DNA from: Escherichia phage vB_EcoS_HASG4
Reading direction: 5' to 3' (one strand)
Length of the DNA: 64,000 nucleotides
Sequence record: NC_100331.1
Made by a program: the position numbers and the translations under genes. Below, one piece after another: positions 1 through 9,385 of the stretch. Numbering within the stretch: position 1 is the first letter of the stretch; each line of letters begins with the position of its first letter. The notes below the pieces were generated by a model. That model did not search any database. It was not told the origin of the DNA and worked only from the letters and a program-made list of their open reading frames with translations.

Positions 1-57
1 ATTTTTGCTGCTACGGGTGATTATTCTCGTCTTGAGGGGGTTGGTTATCCTAGCATT

Positions 58-303
58 ATGGGTAATTGGGTGGAAACTAATTTAGATGTTAATCCATATA
101 ATTCTGATTATGAAGATGAAGAAGAGGTACGGAATAACATTGAATTTGTATATAAAAGAATCTTAAGTATCTATGAGTATCAGGGCAGCCCTACTGAGTA
201 TGTGGATATTACTGAAGTAGCTAAGAAGCGCCTTAAATACGTTTATGCCAATTTTTCAAATGAAGACCTGGAAACAGTTGCAGTGGAGTTTAATAATGAC
301 TAA
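58..303 (+). CDS. hypothetical small early protein (81 aa)
   Basis: Intact ORF; stop overlaps the next start in an ATGA-type junction typical of compact phage operons. No recognisable motif. Confidence 0.35.
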   Translation: MGNWVETNLDVNPYNSDYEDEEEVRNNIEFVYKRILSIYEYQGSPTEYVDITEVAKKRLKYVYANFSNEDLETVAVEFNND

Positions 304-502
304 GAATGTGAAACACCTTAAATATCGCTTAATCTATAACGGACGTATGGAAACAGAAGAGCTAGCTCAATTAGCTATTAACTCTAATGAGGTTATGGTG
401 CGTGCGCTAGCAATTGAAAAGTTGCGGGCTTCTTATGAAAGTCGTATTATGGAACTAGAGGAGAAACTTTATGGCATTCTCGAAGCCGATGCTGCCCGAT
501 AA
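296..502 (+). CDS. hypothetical small early protein (about 69 aa)
   Basis: ATG at 296-298 overlaps the upstream stop at 301-303; the track's longer 245 start is probably an over-extension. Confidence 0.3.
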   Translation: MTKNVKHLKYRLIYNGRMETEELAQLAINSNEVMVRALAIEKLRASYESRIMELEEKLYGILEADAAR

Positions 503-692
503 TGGCTTAAATGCTGCACTGGAAAATGCATTGATGCAGCAGTGGGAGGCTGGATATAAGGATGGGGTTGAATCTTGTGCAAAAATAATGGATATTATGG
601 CTAATTCTGTAGTTGGGAAAGCCCATCCAGAAGTATCTGATATACTCCATAACCTTAGTAAAAACTTCAGAGAACAGGTGAAAAATGCGTAG
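471..692 (+). CDS. hypothetical small early protein
   Basis: Intact ORF; start uncertain (alternative ATG at 489). Stop overlaps the SIR2 start. Confidence 0.3.
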   Translation: MAFSKPMLPDNGLNAALENALMQQWEAGYKDGVESCAKIMDIMANSVVGKAHPEVSDILHNLSKNFREQVKNA

Positions 693-1506
693 ATTAATTA
701 TTATTAGCGGTGCAGGTTTGAGTGTTGAAAGTGGTGTACGAGCCTTCCGTACTGATACTGCTAGTGGTAAAGCATTGTGGGATGATTATGACTTAGAAGA
801 GGTATGTAATATTCATGCCTTTCGTGGTAATTTTTATCATAAAACTCATATGTTTTACAACAAGCGTCGTGAAGAGCTAAAAACTGTTGAACCCAATCTT
901 GCACACTTGCGTATTGGTGAATGGTATAAGAAATATCCAGGTCAAGTAGTAAACTTGACTACCAACGTTGATGACCTTATTGAGCGTGCTGGAGTACCAA
1001 AAGAAGACATACTCCATATTCATGGGTACCTGAAAGAAATTATCGTAGAGCACGCATTCGACCAGACACATGATATTATTGATATTGGATATAGTTCTAT
1101 TGACCCCGATGACTTTGACTGGGTTAAACCTAATGTAATTTTCTTTGGGGAACATGCTCCAGCGTACAAAACAATGTATGAGATTTTTGATGGCATTACC
1201 AGTCAAGATATGATCATTGTGGTTGGTTGCTCTAACCAAGTAATTAACTTCTACTGGGAATTATTTCCTGTTCTTAATCTGACTGCTGCAAAACTTATGG
1301 TAGTTAACTACTATGATAGTGCCCTAGCAGCGGAACCAGGCTATCAAGGTATGACTCGTAGTGAGATGTACCAGTTGGAAGAACGTGGGATCCCTTACTG
1401 GAGTAAAGGTGCGGTGGATGCTTTTAGTGACCCGGGTTTTATTGCTCGTGTAGAAGCTCATCTAGAGGGTAGACCTTATATGCCGGGGAAACAAATATGT
1501 CCATAA
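685..1506 (+). CDS. SIR2-family protein (sirtuin-like NAD-binding fold, no zinc-binding CxxC pairs)
   Basis: N-terminal ISGAGLSVESGVRAFR matches the sirtuin GAGISxESGIPxFR motif; TTNVDDL matches TQNIDxLH; HIHG carries the catalytic His; VIFFGE and VVGCS match later sirtuin motifs. No CxxC...CxxC zinc module seen. Confidence 0.7.
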   Translation: MRRLIIISGAGLSVESGVRAFRTDTASGKALWDDYDLEEVCNIHAFRGNFYHKTHMFYNKRREELKTVEPNLAHLRIGEWYKKYPGQVVNLTTNVDDLIERAGVPKEDILHIHGYLKEIIVEHAFDQTHDIIDIGYSSIDPDDFDWVKPNVIFFGEHAPAYKTMYEIFDGITSQDMIIVVGCSNQVINFYWELFPVLNLTAAKLMVVNYYDSALAAEPGYQGMTRSEMYQLEERGIPYWSKGAVDAFSDPGFIARVEAHLEGRPYMPGKQICP

Positions 1507-1679
1507 TTAAATCTGTGTATACACACCCTGATGATATATTTGTATGGGCGGACGGTAGTTGGTGCTATCGCTGTGAGCTGTGGGAAATGGACTATAAATC
1601 CGATGACTATGGTGTCATATATGTTGATACGGTTGAGTATGATACGTTCTTAGAAAGGGACAAAAGTGGAAATAAGTAA
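1497..1679 (+). CDS. hypothetical small protein (60 aa, Cys/Trp-rich)
   Basis: ORF with overlapping start/stop to both neighbours; no motif recognised. Confidence 0.3.
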   Translation: MSIIKSVYTHPDDIFVWADGSWCYRCELWEMDYKSDDYGVIYVDTVEYDTFLERDKSGNK

Positions 1680-2172
1680 TACTCCGATTATTTTTCTAGA
1701 CATTGATGGAGTGCTCAATTCGAGCATCTCCCACCATCATGCACCTGATGATGAAAAGATTTTCTTTGGAAGTGACTGGGTTTTCAAACCGCTTCTCAAG
1801 GCTTTTCAGGACTTTATTCGTCCTTCTCCGATAATGATTGTTGGAGTATCCTCATGGTTCTCTGTCAGGAATGAGGTGGAGAACGTTCACATTATGACCG
1901 GATTAGGTCTTATCGATCGTTTTCTAGGTACAACGGATTTTACGGGGGGTGGATTATCTAGGGGTAATTCTGTTCTTCGTTTCGTTGAAAAGCATAAGCT
2001 CAAACATTGGTGTGTGCTGGATGACGCTGGTGCTATGATGTATCAGTATCCAACAGTTATAGTCAATGGTAGGACTGGGATAAATCTTCAAGATTTAAAA
2101 GCTGTTAGCTATATGCTAGAATTTAGCCCAGATCTTGAAATGTGTAAATCCTTACAACAATTTAAGGTGTAA
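1666..2172 (+). CDS. putative HAD-superfamily hydrolase/phosphatase-like protein
   Basis: N-terminal IIFLDIDGVLN resembles HAD motif I (hhhhDxDGxL); later motifs not clearly identified. Confidence 0.4.
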   Translation: MEISNTPIIFLDIDGVLNSSISHHHAPDDEKIFFGSDWVFKPLLKAFQDFIRPSPIMIVGVSSWFSVRNEVENVHIMTGLGLIDRFLGTTDFTGGGLSRGNSVLRFVEKHKLKHWCVLDDAGAMMYQYPTVIVNGRTGINLQDLKAVSYMLEFSPDLEMCKSLQQFKV

Positions 2173-2174
2173 AT

Positions 2175-2603
2175 ATGTTCAATAATGTATTCTCTAAAGA
2201 AGCTAACCCAATTTTGGTTAACTTTTGGCGTACTCTCCCGGCTAGCCTGTATAATGAGGCTATTAACTCCTTGAAAATATGGTGTGAGAATAACGAAATC
2301 TCCTTTGCTTTTAAAGATGATATTGATGAGGCTCCCTGTATTGGTTTAATTGTTCAGGTAGAGGAGGGTCTTGAAGAAATTGTCGGCTGGAAAGAGTTAG
2401 ATGAAATGGGCTTAGTTTTTGCGTTAAACTATAAGCTGTTTATGCCTGCTAAGCATCGCCTCGTTGTTAACTATAAAACTAGTGAATCTCCTGGTTTTCA
2501 GGTTAATGAACGTTACGGTTGGTCTTACTCACCGGAAGAAGTGAATGAGGGGATTCAGAAACTTCGACGTTTCGGGTATATGATCCCAGGTTTAACTGCT
2601 TAA
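2175..2603 (+). CDS. hypothetical protein, paralog 1 of a tandem pair
   Basis: Shares clear similarity with the next ORF (e.g. CIGLIVQVEEG...ELDEMGLVFALNYKLFMPAKHRL vs CVGVFLSGYA...ELSAMGLIVALNFSLFHPRGLAI). Confidence 0.5.
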   Translation: MFNNVFSKEANPILVNFWRTLPASLYNEAINSLKIWCENNEISFAFKDDIDEAPCIGLIVQVEEGLEEIVGWKELDEMGLVFALNYKLFMPAKHRLVVNYKTSESPGFQVNERYGWSYSPEEVNEGIQKLRRFGYMIPGLTA

Positions 2604-2612
2604 GGAGGCAGA

Positions 2613-3005
2613 ATGGAACAAGTATATTGGCGTCAGATTGACCCTAGTTTGGTGAAACGTGCGGAGAAGCTGCTACAACGTTGGTTGGGGGTAAGACAAG
2701 CCTCCTTCACTTTTCCGGAGCAGCAAATAGACGATCCTTGTGTTGGTGTTTTCCTATCAGGCTACGCTAGGGAATGGGAATTGGATTGGAATGAATTGTC
2801 TGCTATGGGTTTAATTGTTGCACTAAATTTCTCTTTGTTCCATCCCCGTGGTTTGGCCATATGTCGTGTGCCTGATGACGGTTGTTCGCCCCATCTTTTA
2901 CAGATGGAAGATGATATTTGGGAGTACACTCCAGATATTCTCAAAGAAGCTAAAGAACAATTAAATCGTGTTGGAATCTATGTTCTGGGGCTAAATGATG
3001 AATAA
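2613..3005 (+). CDS. hypothetical protein, paralog 2 of a tandem pair
   Basis: See paralog 1; GGAGG-like SD (aaggaggcagaATG) upstream. Confidence 0.5.
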   Translation: MEQVYWRQIDPSLVKRAEKLLQRWLGVRQASFTFPEQQIDDPCVGVFLSGYAREWELDWNELSAMGLIVALNFSLFHPRGLAICRVPDDGCSPHLLQMEDDIWEYTPDILKEAKEQLNRVGIYVLGLNDE

Positions 3006-3192
3006 GGGATTTTGGAAAATAAAAGGTAAAATTTCTAAGTGGAATACTACAGGGAAAATTAGTAAGTCTCTAGAGATAGAGATAGCTAGAATGTTTACTG
3101 ATCCTGATTTTGATATAGGAAAACTAAGTAAAATAGATGCTAAAAAAGTAGATAAGTATATAGAAGAGATTAGAAGTATTTTAAGTGTCTAA
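2995..3192 (+). CDS. hypothetical small lysine-rich protein
   Basis: ORF followed by an intrinsic terminator-like hairpin; internal KISK repeats. Confidence 0.3.
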   Translation: MMNKGFWKIKGKISKWNTTGKISKSLEIEIARMFTDPDFDIGKLSKIDAKKVDKYIEEIRSILSV

Positions 3193-3199
3193 TACACAT

Positions 3200-3226
3200 A
3201 ACCGAGTCATTTTGGCTCGGTTTTAT
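3200..3226 (+). terminator. rho-independent terminator-like hairpin
   Basis: AACCGAG-loop-CTCGGTT followed by TTTT, directly after the stop at 3192. Confidence 0.5.
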
Positions 3227-3264
3227 CCGTACTCAAGACCAATGATAGCATTCTCTTTAAAAAT

Positions 3265-3320
3265 TTACTTGCACGATGCTCAAAATCTTGATATAATAGT
3301 TATATTGAATTGAGAGACAT
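3265..3320 (+). promoter_or_regulatory. strong early promoter (sigma70-type, T5-like family)
   Basis: TTGCAC-N17-TGaTATAAT with TATAAT at 3292-3297, then downstream AATTGAGAG box as at the other family members. Confidence 0.5.
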
Positions 3321-3796
3321 TAGTAAAAATTGATTTTGCTAATTTTTCTTGTTTACAATCCGCGATACGGAACAGTTAGGCTGCCCCATTAAGGGTTGTT
3401 TTAACTGTTACGTGTTAGTTTTTAAACAAATAATTAATAGAATACTTAGCGATCTACACCCCGTAGGAACCCTGGTAAGGCCTCGAAGCAACCTAGTGTG
3501 AGGTGGTTGTGAAGTGAGACGGGAAGAGTGAAAAACTCTGAGAAGTGATGACGTAAGGTATACTGCATCTAGTATGAGCTAGTACATGAAGCATTAGGTG
3601 AGCAAATCTGGCTTAGCGGCCATCCTCAAGGATTTGTGCGGTATAGTGAAGCGGCAGTGTAGCGTGAAAGTGGAAGTTGCCACCCCACTTCAGTATTTGC
3701 AATTAATTTGTTGAGAAATTGACAGTAACAGTTGTTCTATTCTTTCTGAATAGTCCTAAAGAAAACTTATTTCATTTCCAACACAGGAGTATTGTT

Positions 3797-6586
3797 GTGT
3801 TTTCAATCCTACAAGGTCATGCAGGATTTCATCGCGATTTAGCCACAGGCAATTGGCGAGAAGTTAAAGCAGAAGACTATCTTTTTGCTAAAAGATTTTC
3901 CTCAAAGCATCCTGAAGGTAAACCAGCTTCAATGCCCTTCAAGTTTGATGTAATTGACGAAATTGATCCTCAAACCCTAGTAGAAATGCTTCCTCTTATG
4001 AGACGTTTAACGTCTGACCCTCATATCGTTGCGGTACGAGGTCGATGTCTTGCACCTAAAAATAATGTGCGACGTAAGAAGGGCAACTTTAATGTATCTA
4101 ATCCAAGTCATATAATCGCAATGGATGTGGATGGTATTGTAGATACAGGAGGTTGTAACAAGTTTGATCTTGTTGGTATGGCTCGACATATTATTAGGAT
4201 GTTAAATAGTATTAGTGAGGATATGTTTCCTCTTGATGCAGGGTTTATTGCTCATGCATCATCTTCGGCTGGCCTAAAACCAGGTATCCGAATGCACTTA
4301 ATACTAGAATCTAATGTTAAAGTTACACAGGGTCAGATCAAGTTCTTATTTACATCTATCAACGAAAGTAGTAGACAAAAGTATGGCTTTGATATTGCCG
4401 ACTTAGCTTATTACTCCTCCGTACAGCTTCATTACTTTGCAGATCCTTTATTTATTGATGGTATAGTCGATCCGTTTAAAGCGGAGGGTGCTTCACGTCT
4501 GGTATTTGTTAAGGGTTCGAAGGTAAATTTGCCTAATAATCTAGTTGACTATGAAACAACTAGAGGTGAGTTTAAGGAGGAGTTCTATTCTTTACTCGAC
4601 CAAATTAAAGGTAAAAAAGCTGCCTCTGATAAAGTAGAGGAAACTATCAGCGAACTAGAAGAAGCTGAGGATGGAGTGTATCTACGTATTATTCCAAAGC
4701 TATATCACCGAGCGCTAGAGGATGGAGTAGATTTTGGTTGGCTAGAAAAAGAAATCCGCCCAGCTTTATCAGAATATATTGCAACTAAAGATAATAGCCG
4801 TAATATTCAGGATTATTTCAATAACGGACGGAAGCAGGCATTAAAAGCCTTTGTGAATAACTCTAAGCGTGAGATCCCTGAAGTATTAAAAGGTATCCCC
4901 CTTAAAAAGCTAGAAACTAATTCACTAGAGACCGACAACTTCTTGAAATTAAATACTGTACCACCAGAAGGTTATATGACTTTTGTAAAAGCAAGTCTAG
5001 GTACAGGTAAAACTACGGCGGTTGTGCGTTGGTTAGATTCAGGAGTTATTAAGGGTAATTTCTTAGCAATTACCAATACTCGAGCACTGGTATCTTCAAA
5101 TGCTAAGAAATTTAGTGCAGGACAATATGATAAGTCTGTAGATATGCTTAATTTTAAGCGTGGTGCTATTGACCGTATGTCCACAACTATTCACTCTTTG
5201 CATAAGTTCAAGAGTTTTATTGGTCAAATTGATGCAATCTTTATCGATGAATGTGATGCAGTAATGAATGACCTATTATTCGCCCCAGTTGTTAAGCAAC
5301 GTCGTGAGTGTATTCAGGTTCTTCGTGATATTCTTGCAACTGCAAAAATCATTATACTATCAGATGGTGATATTAGTGCTGAAACAATTGAAGCATATGG
5401 TTCTTTAATTGAGTTCGATAAACCAGTAGCATTTTACAATCATCACCGTAAAATGCTGTCAAAAGCTCATGCTTATGAGTTCCCTGATGAGTCCAGTATT
5501 TGGGTTGCACTTCAGACTTCTCTAGAGATGGGTGAGAAATCTATTCTAGTATCTGATTGTGGCCCTGATGAGCTTAATGAGAAGGGTATGGCACTACGTC
5601 GTAATACGGGTGCATTAGTTAAGGAAATCCATTCAAACTCTACCTCAGATGTGGATATTCGACGTATTCTGGATTACACAACTAATGAGTTAATTGATCA
5701 ACAAATTGATTGCTTATTATGTAGTCCATCCGTAACGAGTGGAGTTGACTTCAACTATTTTGATAACGTATTTGTTATTACTAGAACCAGTAATCAAGCG
5801 CCAAACATGCGTTTCCAAGCAATCAGGCGCGACCGTGGTGCTCAGAATATCTATTATTTTATTGATAAATCCACTAGTGGATTCTCCGCAGGTTCTGAAC
5901 AGTATAACATTGATGAGGGTTGGCTGGAGTTAGCACAGCAATTATACGCACGTCGCAGGGAGCTGGAATCTAGGAACTATACTAGTACTTTACGTTATTA
6001 CTTGCTTGATCAGGGTGCAACTATTGATATTTTCAGCGAAAGCTGGGGAACTATTGAAGGTGCTGGTAAAGAGTACACAGAAGAGCGAATTAAAGCTATT
6101 CTACATTCAACTCCGGATTATTGTGCTCCACGTCATGCGGATGCGTATGAAGCTAAGCTACTTCTTGTTCGCTATTATCATCTTGAGTCTATTAAAGATG
6201 TAACAGTTGAGCATGTTGAACAATATATCAAGGATAAACCGAATGATCGAGCAGCATTCTTCCATAAAATGCACGCGATGTTCTGGGAAGATATTAAGAA
6301 GTGTTCAAATGTCACTATCAAACCTTTCATAGAAGCTCTGAAAGGTAAGAAGAAAGATTTCTTCCTTAAAACAGGTCAGAGTGCTAACCCAAAATATGCG
6401 AGAATGTATCTTGGTATGATGGGTATTGGTAAGGATATGAACACTGAAAATATTGTAGACTGGTACAGAACCTATTGTAAAATCGAGTGTATGCCAATTC
6501 CTTATAAGTTCATGACTGACGAGGAAAAACATATGCATGATGAAGCAATGTCAGAGCTAGGTGCTAGAAATGACAGTGAAGAATAA
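3797..6586 (+). CDS. large ATPase, helicase-like (Walker A GTGKTT, Walker B IDECD); possible replication-initiation/origin-binding helicase
   Basis: Long ORF; likely GTG start at 3797 with AGGAG 6 nt upstream (track start 3719 is TTG). Motifs KASLGTGKTTAV and IFIDECDAV; N-terminal region has an IIAMDVDG acidic motif. Confidence 0.6.
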   Translation: MFSILQGHAGFHRDLATGNWREVKAEDYLFAKRFSSKHPEGKPASMPFKFDVIDEIDPQTLVEMLPLMRRLTSDPHIVAVRGRCLAPKNNVRRKKGNFNVSNPSHIIAMDVDGIVDTGGCNKFDLVGMARHIIRMLNSISEDMFPLDAGFIAHASSSAGLKPGIRMHLILESNVKVTQGQIKFLFTSINESSRQKYGFDIADLAYYSSVQLHYFADPLFIDGIVDPFKAEGASRLVFVKGSKVNLPNNLVDYETTRGEFKEEFYSLLDQIKGKKAASDKVEETISELEEAEDGVYLRIIPKLYHRALEDGVDFGWLEKEIRPALSEYIATKDNSRNIQDYFNNGRKQALKAFVNNSKREIPEVLKGIPLKKLETNSLETDNFLKLNTVPPEGYMTFVKASLGTGKTTAVVRWLDSGVIKGNFLAITNTRALVSSNAKKFSAGQYDKSVDMLNFKRGAIDRMSTTIHSLHKFKSFIGQIDAIFIDECDAVMNDLLFAPVVKQRRECIQVLRDILATAKIIILSDGDISAETIEAYGSLIEFDKPVAFYNHHRKMLSKAHAYEFPDESSIWVALQTSLEMGEKSILVSDCGPDELNEKGMALRRNTGALVKEIHSNSTSDVDIRRILDYTTNELIDQQIDCLLCSPSVTSGVDFNYFDNVFVITRTSNQAPNMRFQAIRRDRGAQNIYYFIDKSTSGFSAGSEQYNIDEGWLELAQQLYARRRELESRNYTSTLRYYLLDQGATIDIFSESWGTIEGAGKEYTEERIKAILHSTPDYCAPRHADAYEAKLLLVRYYHLESIKDVTVEHVEQYIKDKPNDRAAFFHKMHAMFWEDIKKCSNVTIKPFIEALKGKKKDFFLKTGQSANPKYARMYLGMMGIGKDMNTENIVDWYRTYCKIECMPIPYKFMTDEEKHMHDEAMSELGARNDSEE

Positions 6587-6803
6587 AAAATGGGAAACAA
6601 GGAAGTTTCCAGTAAAAGAGCGTAAAGTTCCTGTTTATGATACTTCGGAGAAGCTATGTAGGGTGGTACCGCACAGATTAGCTGGCATCCCTAACATATC
6701 CGAATGGTTACTTAAACAACGGAGGACTAGCGTATCCCTTCGCATAGGGTTTGAGTTAGATAAAGTATATGCTGAACTTTCTTCTTTGCTCAAGGAATCG
6801 TAA
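6561..6803 (+). CDS. hypothetical small protein (uncertain)
   Basis: ORF overlapping the end of the large ATPase gene; no motif; could be spurious. Confidence 0.2.
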   Translation: MLEMTVKNKKWETRKFPVKERKVPVYDTSEKLCRVVPHRLAGIPNISEWLLKQRRTSVSLRIGFELDKVYAELSSLLKES

Positions 6804-6804
6804 A

Positions 6805-6865
6805 AATTTATTTGCATAGTTCAAAAAATTTCTGTATAATAGATTCATAAATTTGAGAGAGGAGT
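6805..6865 (+). promoter_or_regulatory. strong early promoter (T5-like family)
   Basis: TTGCAT-N17-TATAAT (6833-6838), TG adjacent, then TTCATAAATTTGAGAGAGGAG leading into the ATG at 6872. Confidence 0.55.
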
Positions 6866-6871
6866 TTAAAT

Positions 6872-7576
6872 ATGGCCGGTTCTCGCAGAAAGAAACATAT
6901 CCATGAAATCCCGGATGAAGTCTTTAAAAAGGTTATAGAGCATCTGGAGAACGGTGGTACCAAGAAAGCAGCTTGTGAAATGATCGGCGTATCATCCAAT
7001 CCGACTATGGAAAGGATGATAGAAGAGTGGCAAGATCGCCAAATTCAAGTTGCCGAGATGAAGAAAAAGAAACGTGGTACACTCATTGAAGGTATTGAGT
7101 TGGCCAACGTTATTGAACAATATCTATCTGGTGATTCTTTTGAAGAGATTGCCGATCGTAATTACCGCTCTGTAGCAATGGTTAAATCTGTTCTGGAACG
7201 CTATGGCGCTCTGCTTCGTTTGAATGATATTGTAGATCCATTGAATCCACCAATTATTCCTGATGATGCTGTAGCAGAAGAATTTGAGGTTGGAGAACTT
7301 GTTTGGGTTCCTGGATACCAGTGTATCGGTGAAATCAAAAAAGCAATGGATAATCCTGTTGGTTGCTATCGTGTATGGCTTCTATCGGAAGGCAAACAAC
7401 AGAACGTTCATTATATGAATTATGAGCTGGCTTCTGTTAAACATCTGGAAAAGTTAGGGGTAGACGTAAAATCTCTGGGGTACAAATGGACTCGGGAAGA
7501 AGTCATTACGTTGATTAACGAAGCTGTTAAGGCTGCCTTGAAACTTGATAAAGAAAAAGGAAAACGCCGTGAGTAA
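6872..7576 (+). CDS. putative DNA-binding protein (HTH-like N-terminus)
   Basis: N-terminal GGTKKAACEMIGVSSNPTMERMIEEW looks like a helix-turn-helix; basic C-terminus. Position is consistent with a T5 D5-type DNA-binding protein (from memory, unverified). Confidence 0.45.
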   Translation: MAGSRRKKHIHEIPDEVFKKVIEHLENGGTKKAACEMIGVSSNPTMERMIEEWQDRQIQVAEMKKKKRGTLIEGIELANVIEQYLSGDSFEEIADRNYRSVAMVKSVLERYGALLRLNDIVDPLNPPIIPDDAVAEEFEVGELVWVPGYQCIGEIKKAMDNPVGCYRVWLLSEGKQQNVHYMNYELASVKHLEKLGVDVKSLGYKWTREEVITLINEAVKAALKLDKEKGKRRE

Positions 7577-7820
7577 GCTAACAGATTTGCTTAAAGATGG
7601 GGAAGTAAAGACTCTGTATCGTAGAAGCTGGGATAATGATAATACTGGCTTAGTATTACTAACTCTAGATGCTGACTCAGATGTAGTTACTCAGCATACC
7701 TGGGTAGCTGGCAATTATCCGTATAGCGAGGTTGTCACATTAACAGTATGCGAAGCTATTGCGGACGATTGGGAGGTTGCCAGCATCGATGATATGCTCG
7801 CTGTTGGCCTGGTGGAGTAA
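7569..7820 (+). CDS. hypothetical protein
   Basis: ORF; plausible GTG start at 7569 with AAGGA 8 nt upstream (track start 7545 is TTG). Confidence 0.3.
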   Translation: MSKLTDLLKDGEVKTLYRRSWDNDNTGLVLLTLDADSDVVTQHTWVAGNYPYSEVVTLTVCEAIADDWEVASIDDMLAVGLVE

Positions 7821-7835
7821 CTGCAGAAAAATTTC

Positions 7836-7895
7836 AGTTGCTTAATCCTACAATTCTTGATATAATATTCTCATAGTTTGAAAGAACTATTCTGT
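7836..7895 (+). promoter_or_regulatory. strong early promoter (T5-like family)
   Basis: TTGCTT-N17-TGaTATAAT (7861-7866), then TTCTCATAGTTTGAAAG. Confidence 0.5.
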
Positions 7896-7923
7896 TTAAT
7901 TCTTAATTAAGGAAATATAAAAT

Positions 7924-8334
7924 ATGACTACTCCAACTCAGTGGACTGATGAACTGTTCGAAAAAATGTCTTCCGAATATGTTGCTCGTATGGAGCAATT
8001 CCCAGAGGATGAACGTCCGGGTGTTAGCATGGAAATTGTTAGCGAAATTGCCCAGGAAAATGGTGTAACTCCGAACGGTTTTCGTATGAAGCTGACTAAA
8101 GCAGGTTTGTATATTAAGAAAGCTGCTGGTTCTACTTCTAAATCTAGCGCATCTACTGGAGAAAAAGCTTCCGGTGGTTCTCGTACCTCCAAAGCTCAAG
8201 CCCATGCCGATCTTCGTTCAGCATTCTCTGATGCTGGCCTAGCACCAGATTTTCTGGATGATGCAATTATCGACAAACTGACCGGTAAAGCGGCTGCTCA
8301 TCTGGCAGAAGCAATCCGAGCTATCACTAAGTAA
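7924..8334 (+). CDS. hypothetical protein with host-optimal codon usage (probably highly expressed)
   Basis: Intact ORF rich in ggt/tct/gct/cgt/ctg codons, unlike the AT-rich neighbours; Ser/Ala-rich linker. Confidence 0.5.
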   Translation: MTTPTQWTDELFEKMSSEYVARMEQFPEDERPGVSMEIVSEIAQENGVTPNGFRMKLTKAGLYIKKAAGSTSKSSASTGEKASGGSRTSKAQAHADLRSAFSDAGLAPDFLDDAIIDKLTGKAAAHLAEAIRAITK

Positions 8335-8370
8335 TTTTTAGATAAATCCACCAACAAAAGGAACACAGTT

Positions 8371-8667
8371 ATGACCAAAGCTGAAATTATCGCACAATGT
8401 GAAAAATTTGGTGAGTTTTATCTTCATTACGAGAAACTTCGTCAGAAAGGAACCACGTACCTCCAGGGTACAATGGAATTTGATCCAGCCCAAGATAAAT
8501 ATCTGGCTGAACGTATTAAACGTGAACGTATTCGTAAAGCGAAAGATGATGAAATCCTTGTCTTCTCTCGTACTAATGATAGCTTCCGTTTTATTCCTGT
8601 CGAGAAGGTCCGTCGTGTGACTAGCCTCCAATCAGAGTTAGATCGTGCTTCTCCAGTAGGCCGATAA
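8371..8667 (+). CDS. hypothetical protein
   Basis: Intact ORF followed by a terminator; basic region RIKRERIRKAKDDE. Confidence 0.45.
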   Translation: MTKAEIIAQCEKFGEFYLHYEKLRQKGTTYLQGTMEFDPAQDKYLAERIKRERIRKAKDDEILVFSRTNDSFRFIPVEKVRRVTSLQSELDRASPVGR

Positions 8668-8677
8668 GAAACCAATT

Positions 8678-8700
8678 AGCCCCTATATGGGGCTTTTTGT
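8678..8700 (+). terminator. rho-independent terminator
   Basis: AGCCCCTATATGGGGCT followed by TTTTT. Confidence 0.6.
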
Positions 8701-8717
8701 GTATTTGGGATATGTAA

Positions 8718-9026
8718 ATGAGCGAACAGGTAAATCAAAACTATGAAGGACACGTTGATGACCAGTCCATCATACTTTGGGAGAAGGAGGGAGAACAAGT
8801 AAGATTAACAGTATCTGAATTTCGTGGGAATCTATACATGGGTATTCGTTACTGGCTTCTTGATATTAATGATGAATGGTTTCCAACGAAATCTGGCTTC
8901 TCTTTTCCTTACACCCTAGAAACAACATCACAGCTTTTCTATGCGTTTACTCAGATTCTTAGCGAATCTGAGGTTTTACATGAAGTACAGAAACGAGCTG
9001 AAGAACTCAAAGCCAAGAATGCCTAG
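8718..9026 (+). CDS. putative PC4/YdbC-like ssDNA-binding protein
   Basis: Pattern RLTVSEFRGNLYMGIRYWLLD...WFPTKSGFSFP resembles the PC4-fold signature; size about 100 aa. Confidence 0.4.
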   Translation: MSEQVNQNYEGHVDDQSIILWEKEGEQVRLTVSEFRGNLYMGIRYWLLDINDEWFPTKSGFSFPYTLETTSQLFYAFTQILSESEVLHEVQKRAEELKAKNA

Positions 9027-9042
9027 TTCTTGGCTTTTTCTT
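9010..9042 (+). terminator. terminator-like hairpin overlapping the stop codon
   Basis: AGCCAAGAA-tgcctag-TTCTTGGCT followed by TTTTTC. Confidence 0.5.
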
Positions 9043-9052
9043 TATAAATGTA

Positions 9053-9110
9053 TTTGCTTTCAACTCAGTTTTGTTATATAATATTTATATAAATTAATGA
9101 GAGGGTTGCA
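9053..9110 (+). promoter_or_regulatory. strong early promoter (T5-like family)
   Basis: TTGCTT-N17-TATAAT (9077-9082), then ATTTATATAAATTAATGAGAGGG. Confidence 0.5.
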
Positions 9111-9112
9111 AA

Positions 9113-9385
9113 GTGAAAAAGATAAATATAAGTACACTTAAACCTTTTCCATATATCGGACAGCCTCTCATACTCATGTGGGAGGAAAAGATTAATGGGG
9201 AAAAGTATACTAAAACTAGAATTGGATATAAACTGATTTCACTTTATTACGAAAAAGAAGTATTAATAGCTGAAATATACTCTCCATTATCGGGCAGGCT
9301 AGTAAAAACTACATATTTGCATCTTTGCAAAAATTATACGTGGCACGGATCTACCAGACAACCCACGTACTATGAGGCAGAATAA
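9113..9385 (+). CDS. hypothetical protein
   Basis: ORF with GTG start right after the promoter/SD; no motif. Confidence 0.3.
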   Translation: MKKINISTLKPFPYIGQPLILMWEEKINGEKYTKTRIGYKLISLYYEKEVLIAEIYSPLSGRLVKTTYLHLCKNYTWHGSTRQPTYYEAE

